From a bacterium (GTDB lineage: Bacteria > Bacteroidota > Ignavibacteria > UBA10030): DNA of 64,000 nucleotides. Shown piece after piece: positions 29,872 through 41,135 of this stretch. The position numbers and the translations under genes are program-made. The stretch's first letter is position 1, and every line of letters begins with the position of its first letter. Under the pieces are notes generated by a model, which searched no databases, was not told the DNA's origin, and saw only the letters and a program-made list of their open reading frames with translations. The stretch spans positions 1 through 64,000 of the forward strand of contig JAZDJN010000080.1 in assembly GCA_043803945.1 (NCBI GenBank), given 5' to 3'.

Positions 29872-32800
29872 TCAAACGTTGTGTTCCTTTGCGGGCGGCG
29901 GTGATTCTGAAAAAAGGATCTCATTCGATCGTGCTGTAAGAATGATACTGAACGTCGCTCCTTTTCCAGCATCACTCGCTACGGTGAGTTGATAACCGAG
30001 GAGCGCACAGAGCTTTTTAGAAATACTCAATCCCAATCCAGTGCCGCTGTATTTGCGTGCAGTTGTTCCATCGGCCTGTTCGAATGGTTCAAAGATTATT
30101 TTCTGTTGCCCCTGTGAAATCCCGATTCCTGTATCAACAACATCCACCCGTACGGGTTGCTGTGTAGCGGGATCGATTCCCACCCGGACAAGTACGCTGC
30201 CCTGTTCTGTAAACTTGATTCCATTTTCAACGAGATTAATCAGTATTTGCCTGAACTTTCGTGGATCAGTTTCAATCATCATGTCCGGATGGGGAAATTC
30301 GCATTTCAGCAGTACCTTCTTTCCAACCACCCGTCCCTCCAATTGCTCCAGCGTCTCCTGCACCAGTACATTCAACGAGAGTATTTCCTTCTGAACTTCT
30401 TCCTTGCCAGATTCAATGCGTGAGAGGTCGAGGACTTCTTCCATCAGGCTCAATAGGTGCTTTGCATTCTCAAGAATGCGGTCAATATAATTTAAATCTT
30501 GCTGGGTGAGATTTTGCGGTTTGTTCTTCCGGAGAAGCGCTGTAAAGCCAATAATGGAATTCATCGGCGTCCGCAGTTCGTGGCTGACATTGGCAAGGAA
30601 TTGCCCTTTGGCAAGGCTTGCCGCTTCTGCTTTACTTTTTGCCTGTTCAAGCTGCTTTGATTGTTCCTCAAGTTCTTGGAGCGAGGCATTGAGGTCGGTA
30701 TTGATTTGTGTCAACTGATTTTTCTGGAGAACAACTTCCTTCATCCCTTCTTCCACCCGAGCTTCGAGGAGTTTATTTTGTCGAACAAGATGCCGGGTAC
30801 GCCAGAAATACAAGGCTGCGGAGAGACCGACAACTCCGATTGCACAGAGCACATAAAAGATCGTTCGCTGATAAAAATAGGGTTCGAGAGAAAATGTAAA
30901 CGAAGCTCCCTCCTCGTTCCAGACACCTGATTCATTCGCCGCGATCACCCGAAAGGTGTATTCTCCGGGAGGAATATTTGTATAGAATGCCTCACGCCGG
31001 GAGCCCGCTTCAATCCAGGTGCGATCATAACCTTCAAGGCGGTATTGAAAAATCTGCCGTGATGGCGACGTGTAACTGAGGGCAGAATAACCAAAATAAA
31101 ATCGGTCGTTTCCCGGCGCCAGTGTTGTGCCGTTCTTTGTGTACTCTTCCCTCTCGCTCACTTTTAAATATTCAATGCTCACCGGAGGGGGGGGCGTATT
31201 CTTCTGCTGCAGATGGGGGTTATAGACAGCGATCCCTCTTACGGTAGCAAAAAGGAGCCGGCCATCACGGGTTTTCCAAGCCGACGGCTGAGACCCTCCG
31301 TTGCATTCAATTGCTTGCAGGCCATCACCTTTTCCATAGGTGACAGAGGAGATTGAGGAAATTTGGCGGGCAAAAAAAGCATTGAGTTCACTCTTTGCTA
31401 CTGAGGAGATCCCGCGATCTCCATTCAACCAGACCCTCCCATCGTTGTCTTCCATAATATGATAGATGATATCGTCATTCAATCCTTCATTCGATGTAAC
31501 GGTGCTAAAGCCGCCATTTCGGTAACGCACGAGCCCCTTGCCATACGTTCCAATCCAGAGTTCGCCTATCGAATCCTCAGACAGCGCCATAATGATGTTG
31601 CTGGGAAGTCCATCGCTTATGGTGAATGTAGAAAACCTCGATCCATCAAATCGGCTGAGCCCTCCGCCATGGGTACCGACCCAGAGTGCGCCAAGATGGT
31701 CTTCGAGTAAACAGCGGATTGCGCCGGCGCCCAATCCCTCGCGTACCGAATAATATTTTAATGCCTTCCGATTCCACCGATAGAGGCCGTTCTGGTCGCC
31801 AATCCAGAGATTCCCCGATCGATCTTCGAGGAAACAAAAGGCGAATTCTGGACCTTTTTCTTTCGGCAATCCCGTTGGAATAACTTTTCCGCCGCGTATC
31901 CGATTGATTCCATTTCCGTAGGTACCAATCCAAAGATCGCCCTGACGGTCTTCATAAACAGAACGAACAACATTACTGGCTAAACCATCCTTCGTTGTAT
32001 AAGAGATGAATCGTTTTCCCTTGAGACAATTCAATCCCCCCCCATTGGTTCCGGCCCAAATCTGGCCTTGCCGATCTTCATAGACACACCAGAGCACATC
32101 ATTCGTAAGGCCTTCCTGATTCGTATAGGTCGTGAACACTCCATCCTTAAACTGATTCAATCCATCCGCAGTACCAATCCATAAAGTCCCTTCTCTGTCT
32201 TCATAGATCGAGTGGACAAAATCATTGGAGAATCCGTGGAGTGAAGTAAATGATTCGAATTTCCCATTGATAAATCGATTGATCCCTCCCCCGCTGGTAC
32301 CAACCCAGAGTGTGCCGCGACTGTCTTCAAAGACGGACCTGATGATTTCATTGCTCAATCCGTTCCGTTGATCATATCGAGTAATCGTTCCGCCTTTCAT
32401 TCGAGCCAGTCCGTTCTGAGTGCCAATCCAACAACATCCATCTCTGCTAAAATTGATTGCCCTTGCCAGATTTGTCGGTAATCCATTCTGCGTCGAATAG
32501 AGGACAACTGTATCTTTACCGATCTTGATCACCCCCTGGCCAAGAGTTGCCAGCCATACAGATCCGCTTTGATCGACACTCATACCTCGGACCCTCGCCG
32601 TCGCAGCAACCCCATGGTCATTCACATGAACAAACTGATTTCCTTCTCTATAATAGAGGCCAGCCATGTCAATCCATATATAAATTCTCGCTGTACTGTC
32701 TTTTACGAGAGCGCTGATTAATTCTCCGGTGTTACCGTCGGTAAGGTGATGGGTGGTGAATTGATTCGCAGCATATTCCACCAATCCCGTTTCCGTGCCA

Positions 32801-33177
32801 ATCCAGAGATGGCCTTGCTGATCTTCAGCAAGTGTTGTTACCTTATTCGTGGTTAACGCGGGAGTATTTTTTGTGTTGAACTGTTTGAAGGATATTCCGT
32901 CAAAACGAAACAATCCCTCAGTCGTTGCAAGCCAGAGGTATCCTTCGGTGTTCTGAAGAATTGCAACGATCGCTCCCCGGAGCGGTGTTTTGCCCGAATT
33001 CCATATCTCATGAATGTACTGCGTCATCGCTTTTCGAGAATCTAATCCTCGTACAGACCGTATTTGCGAATCGGCAGGAAGAGAACTAACAAAGAGGAGA
33101 ACCAACGGCAGCAAGATTCTCAATGAGAACCGACCGCATCTTTTTTCGTCGCGTCCTATGGGAACTTTCTTTCTCAT
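29872..33177 (-). CDS. Beta-propeller/Y_Y_Y sensor histidine kinase
   Basis: Repeated ED..G.LWIGT..G; YRLEGYD..YTNIPPG; SHELRTP; GTGLGL. Confidence 0.92.
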   Translation of the reverse strand: MRKKVPIGRDEKRCGRFSLRILLPLVLLFVSSLPADSQIRSVRGLDSRKAMTQYIHEIWNSGKTPLRGAIVAILQNTEGYLWLATTEGLFRFDGISFKQFNTKNTPALTTNKVTTLAEDQQGHLWIGTETGLVEYAANQFTTHHLTDGNTGELISALVKDSTARIYIWIDMAGLYYREGNQFVHVNDHGVAATARVRGMSVDQSGSVWLATLGQGVIKIGKDTVVLYSTQNGLPTNLARAINFSRDGCCWIGTQNGLARMKGGTITRYDQRNGLSNEIIRSVFEDSRGTLWVGTSGGGINRFINGKFESFTSLHGFSNDFVHSIYEDREGTLWIGTADGLNQFKDGVFTTYTNQEGLTNDVLWCVYEDRQGQIWAGTNGGGLNCLKGKRFISYTTKDGLASNVVRSVYEDRQGDLWIGTYGNGINRIRGGKVIPTGLPKEKGPEFAFCFLEDRSGNLWIGDQNGLYRWNRKALKYYSVREGLGAGAIRCLLEDHLGALWVGTHGGGLSRFDGSRFSTFTISDGLPSNIIMALSEDSIGELWIGTYGKGLVRYRNGGFSTVTSNEGLNDDIIYHIMEDNDGRVWLNGDRGISSVAKSELNAFFARQISSISSVTYGKGDGLQAIECNGGSQPSAWKTRDGRLLFATVRGIAVYNPHLQQKNTPPPPVSIEYLKVSEREEYTKNGTTLAPGNDRFYFGYSALSYTSPSRQIFQYRLEGYDRTWIEAGSRREAFYTNIPPGEYTFRVIAANESGVWNEEGASFTFSLEPYFYQRTIFYVLCAIGVVGLSAALYFWRTRHLVRQNKLLEARVEEGMKEVVLQKNQLTQINTDLNASLQELEEQSKQLEQAKSKAEAASLAKGQFLANVSHELRTPMNSIIGFTALLRKNKPQNLTQQDLNYIDRILENAKHLLSLMEEVLDLSRIESGKEEVQKEILSLNVLVQETLEQLEGRVVGKKVLLKCEFPHPDMMIETDPRKFRQILINLVENGIKFTEQGSVLVRVGIDPATQQPVRVDVVDTGIGISQGQQKIIFEPFEQADGTTARKYSGTGLGLSISKKLCALLGYQLTVASDAGKGATFSIILTARSNEILFSESPPPAKEHNV

Positions 33178-33189
33178 GAGAAAACGTAA

Positions 33190-33576
33190 TTACTCCTGAT
33201 GTGGTTGTTCAATGTACTTCTGTATTAGCGCAAGAAATGCCTTTTCATCAATAATGGGTTTCGCGACATAACCGTCGAAGCCACTTGAGAGATATTTTTC
33301 CCGATCACCAAGCATTGCGTGTGCAGTCAATGCGATTACCGGAATATCTTGAAGGGAGACACTTGCCCTTATGCGAAGCAGGACTTCAGGACCATCCATT
33401 CCGGGGAGAGAAATATCGAGAATCACCAGGTCTGGATGCCGCTGAGAGATTCCCTCCAGTGCTTCATAACCATTTTGATATTCATGAACCTGATAGAACT
33501 CTCTCAATAACTCCGTCATGATCAATCGGTTATCTCTGTTGTCTTCAATGACTGCGATTAATTTAAGCGGTTGCAT
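33190..33576 (-). CDS. Single-domain response regulator
   Basis: IEDN, LDISLP, ALTAHAM.GD, KP. Confidence 0.85.
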   Translation of the reverse strand: MQPLKLIAVIEDNRDNRLIMTELLREFYQVHEYQNGYEALEGISQRHPDLVILDISLPGMDGPEVLLRIRASVSLQDIPVIALTAHAMLGDREKYLSSGFDGYVAKPIIDEKAFLALIQKYIEQPHQE

Positions 33577-33747
33577 ATCAAGTACAGTACGGTGAGTCTC
33601 CAACATTGCCTGGAAATATAGCGTTCTTACTTTCTCTTTGTCAAGTATAAGGGGAAAGGGCTCAAAGTGCAATATGAGAGGTGTGTTGGAAAATCGGGTT
33701 TGTGAATGGTGAAAAGGCGGAAAAACTGACTTGAAGGAGGTGGTTTG

Positions 33748-33822
33748 TGGACGCTGCTGGGATCGAACCAGCGACCTCCGCCTTGTAAGGGCGGCGCTCT
33801 GAACCAGCTGAGCTAAGCGTCC
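33748..33822 (-). tRNA. trnV: tRNA-Val (TAC), CCA not encoded
   Basis: GGACGCT acceptor stem, AGCTCAGCTGG D-arm, CCGCC-CTTACAA-GGCGG anticodon arm, GTTCGAT T-loop. Confidence 0.95.
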
Positions 33823-33881
33823 GGAAAATTCACTCAGGTGCTATCAAACGTTTGCACATCAGGCTTGAATAAACTTTATTC

Positions 33882-33889
33882 CAAATATA
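33882..33889 (-). promoter_or_regulatory. Bacteroidota-type -7 promoter box upstream of tRNA-Val
   Basis: TATATTTG (TAnnTTTG) on the minus strand. Confidence 0.45.
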
Positions 33890-34248
33890 ATTTACAAAAA
33901 TCGCAACCGAGAGGCAACGAGGAAGAATGAGCAATATACCGCAGAGGCAAAGCGGTCAATCTTCAGGAGCTTGACAGCAATAACAGGTGAAGTGAGAGGC
34001 GGTTTTGCTAGGCGCTGTTTCAAATTCAAAATCTCACACAATCGTTATCTTCCCTTACATGAGTTGATCTCGCTGTAAATCATTTTTTACAGTCAGATAT
34101 TGACCTGAGCTCTTCAACAACATTGAAGAATTCATCTGGGAAGAAGGTTGCTCTATCACAGACCAGTATCTTGGTAAGAAATTTTCTCCTTGTCTAGTGT
34201 TTCGTACACTCCAGACAACTTAATGTCTCCAGCCTTAGGTTTCTTTTG

Positions 34249-34279
34249 AGCCAGAGGCTCATCCGCCTTTGGTGGAGTG
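34249..34279. repeat. REP-like repeat, copy 2
   Basis: 28/31 identity with 61-91. Confidence 0.65.
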
Positions 34280-34603
34280 CCACTTTCTTTCCGAAAGAAA
34301 GTGGCAATAGTACACCAAGTCCAGCGACTGTAGATAATACTTTTCCCTTGTATTTTGGATATGTGTGATAATAATCTAACAATAAATATCAGTTATTTAC
34401 TTCAAAACAGCCAATTCTTTAATTGGATTGACTACAATCATAGGAAAAATCCTACTCTCAAATCCAATATTCTCCGATATGTTTCCGTTATGATCCATGG
34501 TAATTTTGATATGGAATTTTACACATAAGATATGTTTGGTCGATATCATAAGGAGATAGGCCGGATAAAAATAAATTCTATTGCGGGGTTAGGAGGGTTT
34601 ACG

Positions 34604-36247
34604 ATGTTACACTTATTACGAAAATCACTTCGTGTGCGATTAATCGGAATATTCACTATTCCATTTCTCGCCACATTCCTCTTCGGAGTCATTTACTATC
34701 CGATCAATCAGCGTGCCGATGGGATTACCGCTGCAACACAGAATGCACAACTTCTTTCCGAGATGCTGTCGTTCTCTATCGGTGCTGGTTTAAGCGACAA
34801 TGGATTCGATCTCGTCCAAACGGCATTTAACTGGGCACTGAAGGATACGAGCGTTGCCTATATCCATGTCATCGATGAATCGAACAACACCATTGTCGAG
34901 CACAATCCCCGGAAGTTGACCTTCGATACCAAAGACATCCTTCAGAAGGTACAGCGGGGTTCGTTTGCAGAGCACCTCGGCGATTTTATTATCGCCGTCA
35001 GCCCGATTGAATATAAAGGGAAGAAACTCGGCACAACGGTTATTGCCCTCTCCATGGAAGATGTCCTGACTGGAATCAATCGACAAATATGGCTTTCCTC
35101 GTTTTTCAATATTCTTATGGTAGCGTTCGGTGTGGGAATGGTTGTGCTTGTCTCCGGCCTGCTGATTAAACAGATTAAAGCTATTCAGGTAAGCATTGAC
35201 ACGGCCGATCTCAATACACAATTTAAAAGTCCCCGTGAAGATGAAATGGGACAGTTGCAAAATTCCTTCAACCACTTTGTTGCTTCCATTCGCGATACCT
35301 TGCTTGAAGTGATGGAGTCCGCGAACTCTGTTGCAAGTGCCAGTGCGGAAATCAGTGCAAGCACTGAACAGATGGCTGCGGGAGCTCACGAGCAAACCGC
35401 TCAGGCCGGAGAGGTGGCAAGTGCCGTTGAAGAAATATCAAGAACCATTTTCGAAAATGCACGCAATGCCAACTCCGCTTCCGAGACTGCCAAGAAAGCA
35501 AAAGGGGCAGCCGAACAAGGAGGAAAAGTAGTAGAAGATGCCGTCGGCGGTATGCGTCGCATAGCCGATGTTGTTCTCGAGTCTGCCTCGACAGTACGCG
35601 AGCTCGGAAAATCGAGCGACCAGATTGGAGAAATCATTCAAGTGATTGATGATATCGCCGATCAGACCAACCTTTTGGCACTGAACGCAGCCATTGAAGC
35701 AGCGCGTGCCGGTGACCAGGGCCGGGGATTCGCCGTCGTGGCCGATGAGGTCCGGAAACTGGCTGAAAAAACAGCGAAATCGACAAAAGAAATTGCCGAG
35801 ATGATTGCCAAGATCCAAACCAATACACAGTGTGCAGTTTCCTCAATGGCTGAGGCCACAAAAGAAGTTGATGCAGGGATTCTCCTTGCCGATAAAGCCG
35901 GCGATGCACTCCAGGAGATTGTCAGAATCTCTCAGCAGGTGACTGATGTTGTTTTCCAGATTGCCGTTGCCAGTGAACAGCAATCCAATACAAGCCAATT
36001 GATCAGCAGGAGTGTTGAGGGGATCACTTCCGTAACGCAGCAAACATCTTCGGGGGCACAACAGATTGCGCAAACAGCGGAGGATTTGAATCGCTTAACG
36101 GAAACCCTCCTGAGCCTGGTCAGCCAATTCAAGTTGACTCCAAAAGAATTCACCGATATGACACAGGCCAAGGAAACGCCAAGGCAAAAGAGTTCTGAGC
36201 AATCGCAATACGCCGTCCGCAGTAATGGTACGGTGATCAAAACCTAA
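34604..36247 (+). CDS. Methyl-accepting chemotaxis protein
   Basis: Two [39 protein letters not shown]; RBS AGGAGG. Confidence 0.93.
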   Translation: MLHLLRKSLRVRLIGIFTIPFLATFLFGVIYYPINQRADGITAATQNAQLLSEMLSFSIGAGLSDNGFDLVQTAFNWALKDTSVAYIHVIDESNNTIVEHNPRKLTFDTKDILQKVQRGSFAEHLGDFIIAVSPIEYKGKKLGTTVIALSMEDVLTGINRQIWLSSFFNILMVAFGVGMVVLVSGLLIKQIKAIQVSIDTADLNTQFKSPREDEMGQLQNSFNHFVASIRDTLLEVMESANSVASASAEISASTEQMAAGAHEQTAQAGEVASAVEEISRTIFENARNANSASETAKKAKGAAEQGGKVVEDAVGGMRRIADVVLESASTVRELGKSSDQIGEIIQVIDDIADQTNLLALNAAIEAARAGDQGRGFAVVADEVRKLAEKTAKSTKEIAEMIAKIQTNTQCAVSSMAEATKEVDAGILLADKAGDALQEIVRISQQVTDVVFQIAVASEQQSNTSQLISRSVEGITSVTQQTSSGAQQIAQTAEDLNRLTETLLSLVSQFKLTPKEFTDMTQAKETPRQKSSEQSQYAVRSNGTVIKT

Positions 36248-36358
36248 GATATTCCGTTCCGCGCCAGGCATCGGCCCGTGTTGGCGATGCCTGGTTCACC
36301 CTCCTGGAATAATGCTTCAGTCTCTTAGCGCTATAGGGCAAGTGAGCAGGACAAGAAG

Positions 36359-37318
36359 TTGACAATCCAACTGCTTGCATTTGCACGAAAGCAGATTATC
36401 AATCCCGAGATCGTTTCACTCAACACGCTGATCACCTTATTTCAGCCGTTTCTCCGTCAACTGATAGGGGAGGACATCGATCTTCGGATCACTCTTCACC
36501 CCGGTCTCTGGAAAGTAAAAATAGATCTCAACCAGTTTGAGCAGATTATTCTGAATCTTGCCGTTAATGCGCGCGACTCCATGCGGTCCGGCAGCAAGCT
36601 CATCATCGAGACAACGCTTAGCCATCTCGATGAATCCTACAACACCTTGCACCCCAACGTCCATCCCGGACACTATGCGATGCTTGCGATCAGCGATACT
36701 GGGAACGGCATGGATAAGGAAACCGTACAGCATATCTGGAACCGTTCTTCACAACGAAGAGGATTGGCGAAGGTACCGGATTAGGGCTGGCGACAGTATA
36801 CGGCATTGTGCGGCAAAATAACGGTTACATATGGGATCTATAGTGAAACCGGCAAGGGAACAACCTTTAAAGTATATTTTCCGCACACCGAAGGGATCGC
36901 AGTGTACACAACGCCTGCCGACCAGGCGACCCTGCCGGAGGGCGAGGAAGTAATCCTCCTCGTAGAGGATGAGCCGATGGTAAGAGAACTCGCTGTGGAG
37001 ACATTACGTGGATTGGGATATCGAATTATTGAAGCGGGTGATCCGGTCGCGGCTATTACACTTGCAAAGGAATATCCCGGGATCATTCATCTCTTGCTGA
37101 CCGACGTAATTATGCCGGCAATGAGCGGAAACCAGCTTGCCAGGCAGTTATTAACAACTCACCAGACCATGAAAGTACTCTACACTTCGGGGTACACCAA
37201 GAATATGATTGCTCACTATGGTGTGCTTGACAGCGGAATAAATTTTCTCCCCAAACCCTATACGACAAAGGAACTCTCAGAGTGTGTGCGTGATGTGCTT
37301 GGCCGTCACTCTCAGTAA
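36359..37318 (+). pseudogene. 5'-truncated, frameshifted hybrid kinase (HATPase plus REC)
   Basis: QLLAFARKQ..NLAVNARD..DTG.GM in one frame; PFFTTK..GTGLGL region shifted near 36740-36810; REC follows; no H-box. Confidence 0.8.
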
Positions 37319-37344
37319 CGGGTTTCGTGAAATTCCGGCACGTC

Positions 37345-39198
37345 TTATCCCCGCTCTTCCACGATCTCCACCTTTTTCTTACTCATCCTGTTCCGCTCGT
37401 TATGGTCGAGATACTTCTTGCGTAATCGGATGGATTGCGGTGTTATCTCGACATATTCATCATCACCGATCCATTCAATAGCCTGTTCAAGTGTCATAAT
37501 TCGGGGTGGCTCCAGCCGGATCGCATCATCGGTTCCGGATGCACGCATATTCGTGAGTTGCTTCATTCGGCAGGCATTAATGACCATGTCGTGTTCGCGT
37601 GAATTTTCCCCGACAATCATACCAGCATACACTCTGGTTCCCGGTTCAACGAAAAAGGTCGACCGGTCTTGGAGTTTTCCCATTGCGTACGCGACAGCAT
37701 TGCCATGTTCCAGGACAATGAGGGCACCGCGATTTCTCTGGCTCATTTCGCCCTTGTAGGGTTCATACCCATGAAAGTTATGATGGAGAATGCCAGTTCC
37801 TTTTGTTTGTGTCATAAATTCGGAACGGAATCCGATCAGCCCGCGCGCAGGCACAATGAACTCTAACCGCGTGTTTCCCTGGAATTGGAGCATGTGCCTC
37901 ATCTCTCCTTTGCGGCGTCCAAGATTCTCAATCACCGTACCAACATGTTCATCGGGAACATCGATGATAACATGCTCCATCGGTTCACACAACACATCAG
38001 CGATGCGTTTATAGATGACTTCGGGCCGGGAGACTTGAAGCTCGTATCCTTCGCGCCGCATCGTCTCAATGAGAATCGCAAGGTGCAGCTCTCCCCGTCC
38101 GCTCACTTTAAACACATCAGTCGAGTCCGTCAGCTCAACCCGCAGCGCAACGTTGGAACGCAGCTCCCGAGCCAGCCGCTCACCCAGATGACGCGAGGTG
38201 ACATACTTTCCCTCCAGCCCTGACAACGGCGAGTTGTTGACCATGAAGTTCATAGAGAGCGTCGGTTCTTCGATGGAGACAAACGGAAGCGGTGTGGGGT
38301 CGCTTGCATCGGCAATGGTATTACCGATATCGACATCTTCCATCCCCGCCAGTGCAATGATGTCTCCCGCGCTTGCTTCCGGCACTTCCACACGTTTGAG
38401 CCCCTCGAACGCATAAATCTTTGTCACGCGTGCATCCTCGGCCATTCCTTCCGGATGAATAATTTTCATCGGTCCACCAAGGCGAATGGTACCCCGGACA
38501 ATGCGGCCGATTCCAAGGCGACCCAAATAATCGTTGTAGTCGATTGTCGTTACAAGCATTTGAAAGGGTAGATCGGCATCGCCGGGAGGAGCGGGGACGC
38601 TCTCCACGATCGATTCGAATAGAGGTTCGAGGTTCTCTCCTGGGTCGTCGAGTTCCCGTTTGGCTATCCCCTGCTTCGCAATACAGTAAATGGTGGGAAA
38701 ATCGAGCTGCTGATCGTTTGCACCAAGCGAAAGGAACAGTTCGAAGACTTCGTCGAGCACTTCATGCGGACGAGCATCTTTACGATCGATCTTGTTGATG
38801 ACGACAATGGGTTGAAGGTTCAACTCGAGCGACTTCTTGAGGACAAACTTTGTTCCGGGTAGCGGACCCTCCGCAGCATCGACCAGCAGGAGGACACCGT
38901 TTACCATCTTGAGTGTCCGTTCCACCTCGCCGGCAAAGTCGGCGTGACCCGGCGTATCGACAATATTAATTTTGATAGTACTGTTATCGCTCCGCCGTTT
39001 ATAAAAAACGGAGGTGTTCTTTGCGAGAATGGTAATTCCCCGTTCCCGCTCTAAGTCGTTAGAATCCATCACACGCGTGATCATTTCCTGGTTTGCCCGG
39101 AATGTTCCGGTTTGCCGAAGCATATAATCCACCAGGGTTGTCTTTCCATGATCAACATGCGCAATGATGGCAATATTTCGAATATCGTCTCTTCTCAT
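37345..39198 (-). CDS. typA: Translational GTPase TypA/BipA
   Basis: [40 protein letters not shown]. Confidence 0.97.
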   Translation of the reverse strand: MRRDDIRNIAIIAHVDHGKTTLVDYMLRQTGTFRANQEMITRVMDSNDLERERGITILAKNTSVFYKRRSDNSTIKINIVDTPGHADFAGEVERTLKMVNGVLLLVDAAEGPLPGTKFVLKKSLELNLQPIVVINKIDRKDARPHEVLDEVFELFLSLGANDQQLDFPTIYCIAKQGIAKRELDDPGENLEPLFESIVESVPAPPGDADLPFQMLVTTIDYNDYLGRLGIGRIVRGTIRLGGPMKIIHPEGMAEDARVTKIYAFEGLKRVEVPEASAGDIIALAGMEDVDIGNTIADASDPTPLPFVSIEEPTLSMNFMVNNSPLSGLEGKYVTSRHLGERLARELRSNVALRVELTDSTDVFKVSGRGELHLAILIETMRREGYELQVSRPEVIYKRIADVLCEPMEHVIIDVPDEHVGTVIENLGRRKGEMRHMLQFQGNTRLEFIVPARGLIGFRSEFMTQTKGTGILHHNFHGYEPYKGEMSQRNRGALIVLEHGNAVAYAMGKLQDRSTFFVEPGTRVYAGMIVGENSREHDMVINACRMKQLTNMRASGTDDAIRLEPPRIMTLEQAIEWIGDDEYVEITPQSIRLRKKYLDHNERNRMSKKKVEIVEERG

Positions 39199-39342
39199 AG
39201 CAGTTCAACTAGTGATCAATGATACATCTTGAGAAAAAAAATGCCTCGGAATCATTATATCGATCTGAGGCGGAACTTACTGGTGGTTATCCTCACTACA
39301 GCACTAAGATACGGCTAATTTTGATGAGAGAAAAGGAGGATT

Positions 39343-39699
39343 TCAAGAGGGGTGCTCAAGAAAGCATAACGCCCATTCTCTCACTCCAGAAAAAAACTTA
39401 GATGGCAAAGAAATGGGCGTTCTACTATCAGGGGTGGACAACTGCCAATAGGAAACACTTGTCGGAGCACCTGCCCCATCAGTCACAATTGTTACATAGC
39501 TGCGACTCTTATCAAAAAACGAATAGGTATACGCTCTTGTGTTAAATCCAAAGATAGATGTTGATAATTTCAATCGACTCCGGAGGCATGGAAATGTTCC
39601 TTCTGGTGTTGTGAGGCTCCCCTCACCGCCGATAAGGTAATCATAGGTGACGGTCGTCGCAAGCACGAGTGTTATAAGCCAAATGGCCTCACAGATCAA
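39343..39699 (-). CDS. Hypothetical protein, possibly a gene fragment
   Basis: ORF only. Confidence 0.3.
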   Translation of the reverse strand: MICEAIWLITLVLATTVTYDYLIGGEGSLTTPEGTFPCLRSRLKLSTSIFGFNTRAYTYSFFDKSRSYVTIVTDGAGAPTSVSYWQLSTPDSRTPISLPSKFFSGVREWALCFLEHPS

Positions 39700-40312
39700 G
39701 GTGTAATCCGATCTTTAAAACCGGGAATATCAACTGGCGATCTTTTTCGCCGGAGAATCCTCCGCGAGATATGCCTACCAACCATAGGAATCCAATTCCT
39801 CGACCTTCGATCGAATCATGACCGATAGTGACTTCTAGTGATGTGGCACCGCCCTTCCCGGTTGCAAGGAACGACTCCTCAATGTTCAGAACGTTTAAGG
39901 ACAATAATGTTCCTTTGCCCGTACGGTCAAAGAAATATGAACCTTTAAAGCCACCTCCAGCGCCCCCCTGCGGAAGATCATGTCCGGCGACCAATGCAAC
40001 ACCCGCCTTCACGCCAAAAGCGAATTCATCATTGATTTGGTACTGAACGCCGAAAGCTAACAGTTCAAAAAAGCCTAGTCCTGTGTAGATTGAGACTGTT
40101 CGCGTGGCCACCCTCTGCGCCGATGATTGTTCATAGTTTTGCCCCCTGCCAACACTAGCGGGTGTATCTTGGCTCCTGATTGCTGATGCGAAAGACTTTT
40201 CCGAATCTGCAACTTGATTCTGAGGGGCATAGGGAGATTGCTGTTGAGAATACCCAACTGTGACGAGAATGAAAGAGAGAAATATCGCTTTAAGTTTCGC
40301 TCTTGTGAGCAT
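39689..40312 (-). CDS. Hypothetical secreted protein, beta-barrel-like
   Basis: Signal peptide, alternating beta-strand pattern, AGGAG RBS. Confidence 0.55.
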   Translation of the reverse strand: MLTRAKLKAIFLSFILVTVGYSQQQSPYAPQNQVADSEKSFASAIRSQDTPASVGRGQNYEQSSAQRVATRTVSIYTGLGFFELLAFGVQYQINDEFAFGVKAGVALVAGHDLPQGGAGGGFKGSYFFDRTGKGTLLSLNVLNIEESFLATGKGGATSLEVTIGHDSIEGRGIGFLWLVGISRGGFSGEKDRQLIFPVLKIGLHLDL

Positions 40313-40534
40313 AAGATTGTCTCCTAGAATTGTAAGCGTGAGATTATACAGCTACGAGCGCTATGTGCAATGTTAAGTTTCAAGCCATGATCATTTGCCG
40401 TGTTATGCGAAGAATTCACTCGCTATTCTCCATCGGCTGTGATAACAAACGGATCTTCTCGTAGACCTGGAGAAACAATATCGTCAGTTGCAGTGAGTCG
40501 CGTTGCGGGCAGCCTGAAATTTCCCGATTTGATC

Positions 40535-41044
40535 CTATTGTTTTTCTTTCGCATCTGAGTCTCTCGAAAGTTGGTATTCATAGGTGTGTCCTATGATGAG
40601 ACCGGCAATAGCACCGGCAGGGACCCCAATGAGAATCCCATAGATAGCTCCAACCAAGACGAGGACACCCGGCTCGACTTTTGGCATCTTAGACAACACG
40701 GGTATCATAACTACGGAGCCAGCCAATGCTCCAATCCCCGCCCATTCGACCATTGCTTGAAGTCGACCTGTATACCGGATGCTGAACACTTGTGAGAATT
40801 GAACGGACTGCCGCGAACTTCGCCATGGTTGAAAAATAATGGAATCACGGCGTACTTCGTGAATCATCCCTGAAACGATGCTGTTCTTCAACGTGATGAT
40901 CGCGTTCTCGCCTTCGACGGCATCCCGAAGTTCTTCGAACGAGACCGTATTGCCAGTCTTCATACCCGAAGGAACGTCGACAAGTTGATAGGATGAGGTG
41001 CAACCGGTAAAAAAGATGAGGAAGAGTAATATAGCTTTTCTCAT
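40535..41044 (-). CDS. Hypothetical lipoprotein with glycine-zipper-like C-terminus
   Basis: FTGC lipobox; GIGALAG..GAIYG..GAIAG. Confidence 0.65.
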   Translation of the reverse strand: MRKAILLFLIFFTGCTSSYQLVDVPSGMKTGNTVSFEELRDAVEGENAIITLKNSIVSGMIHEVRRDSIIFQPWRSSRQSVQFSQVFSIRYTGRLQAMVEWAGIGALAGSVVMIPVLSKMPKVEPGVLVLVGAIYGILIGVPAGAIAGLIIGHTYEYQLSRDSDAKEKQ

Positions 41045-41135
41045 GAGATGATCCTTTGGAGATTCGATTCGAAAACTAGTGGCGCTGCAATCGTGCGGCG
41101 ATGTATTCTACGACATTCCACGTACAATCATTTGT

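Noticed and set aside
29856-29975. 104-bp overlap between the sensor kinase and the next ORF
   Set aside because: It disappears if the downstream ATG at 29855, which has an RBS, is used.
33748-33822. Island integrated at tRNA-Val
   Set aside because: No integrase and no second copy of the tRNA 3' end was noticed in the window.
33900-34200. c-di-GMP or other riboswitch upstream of the MCP
   Set aside because: The GGCAAA-like words do not extend into a recognisable consensus; an Infernal/Rfam scan would be needed.
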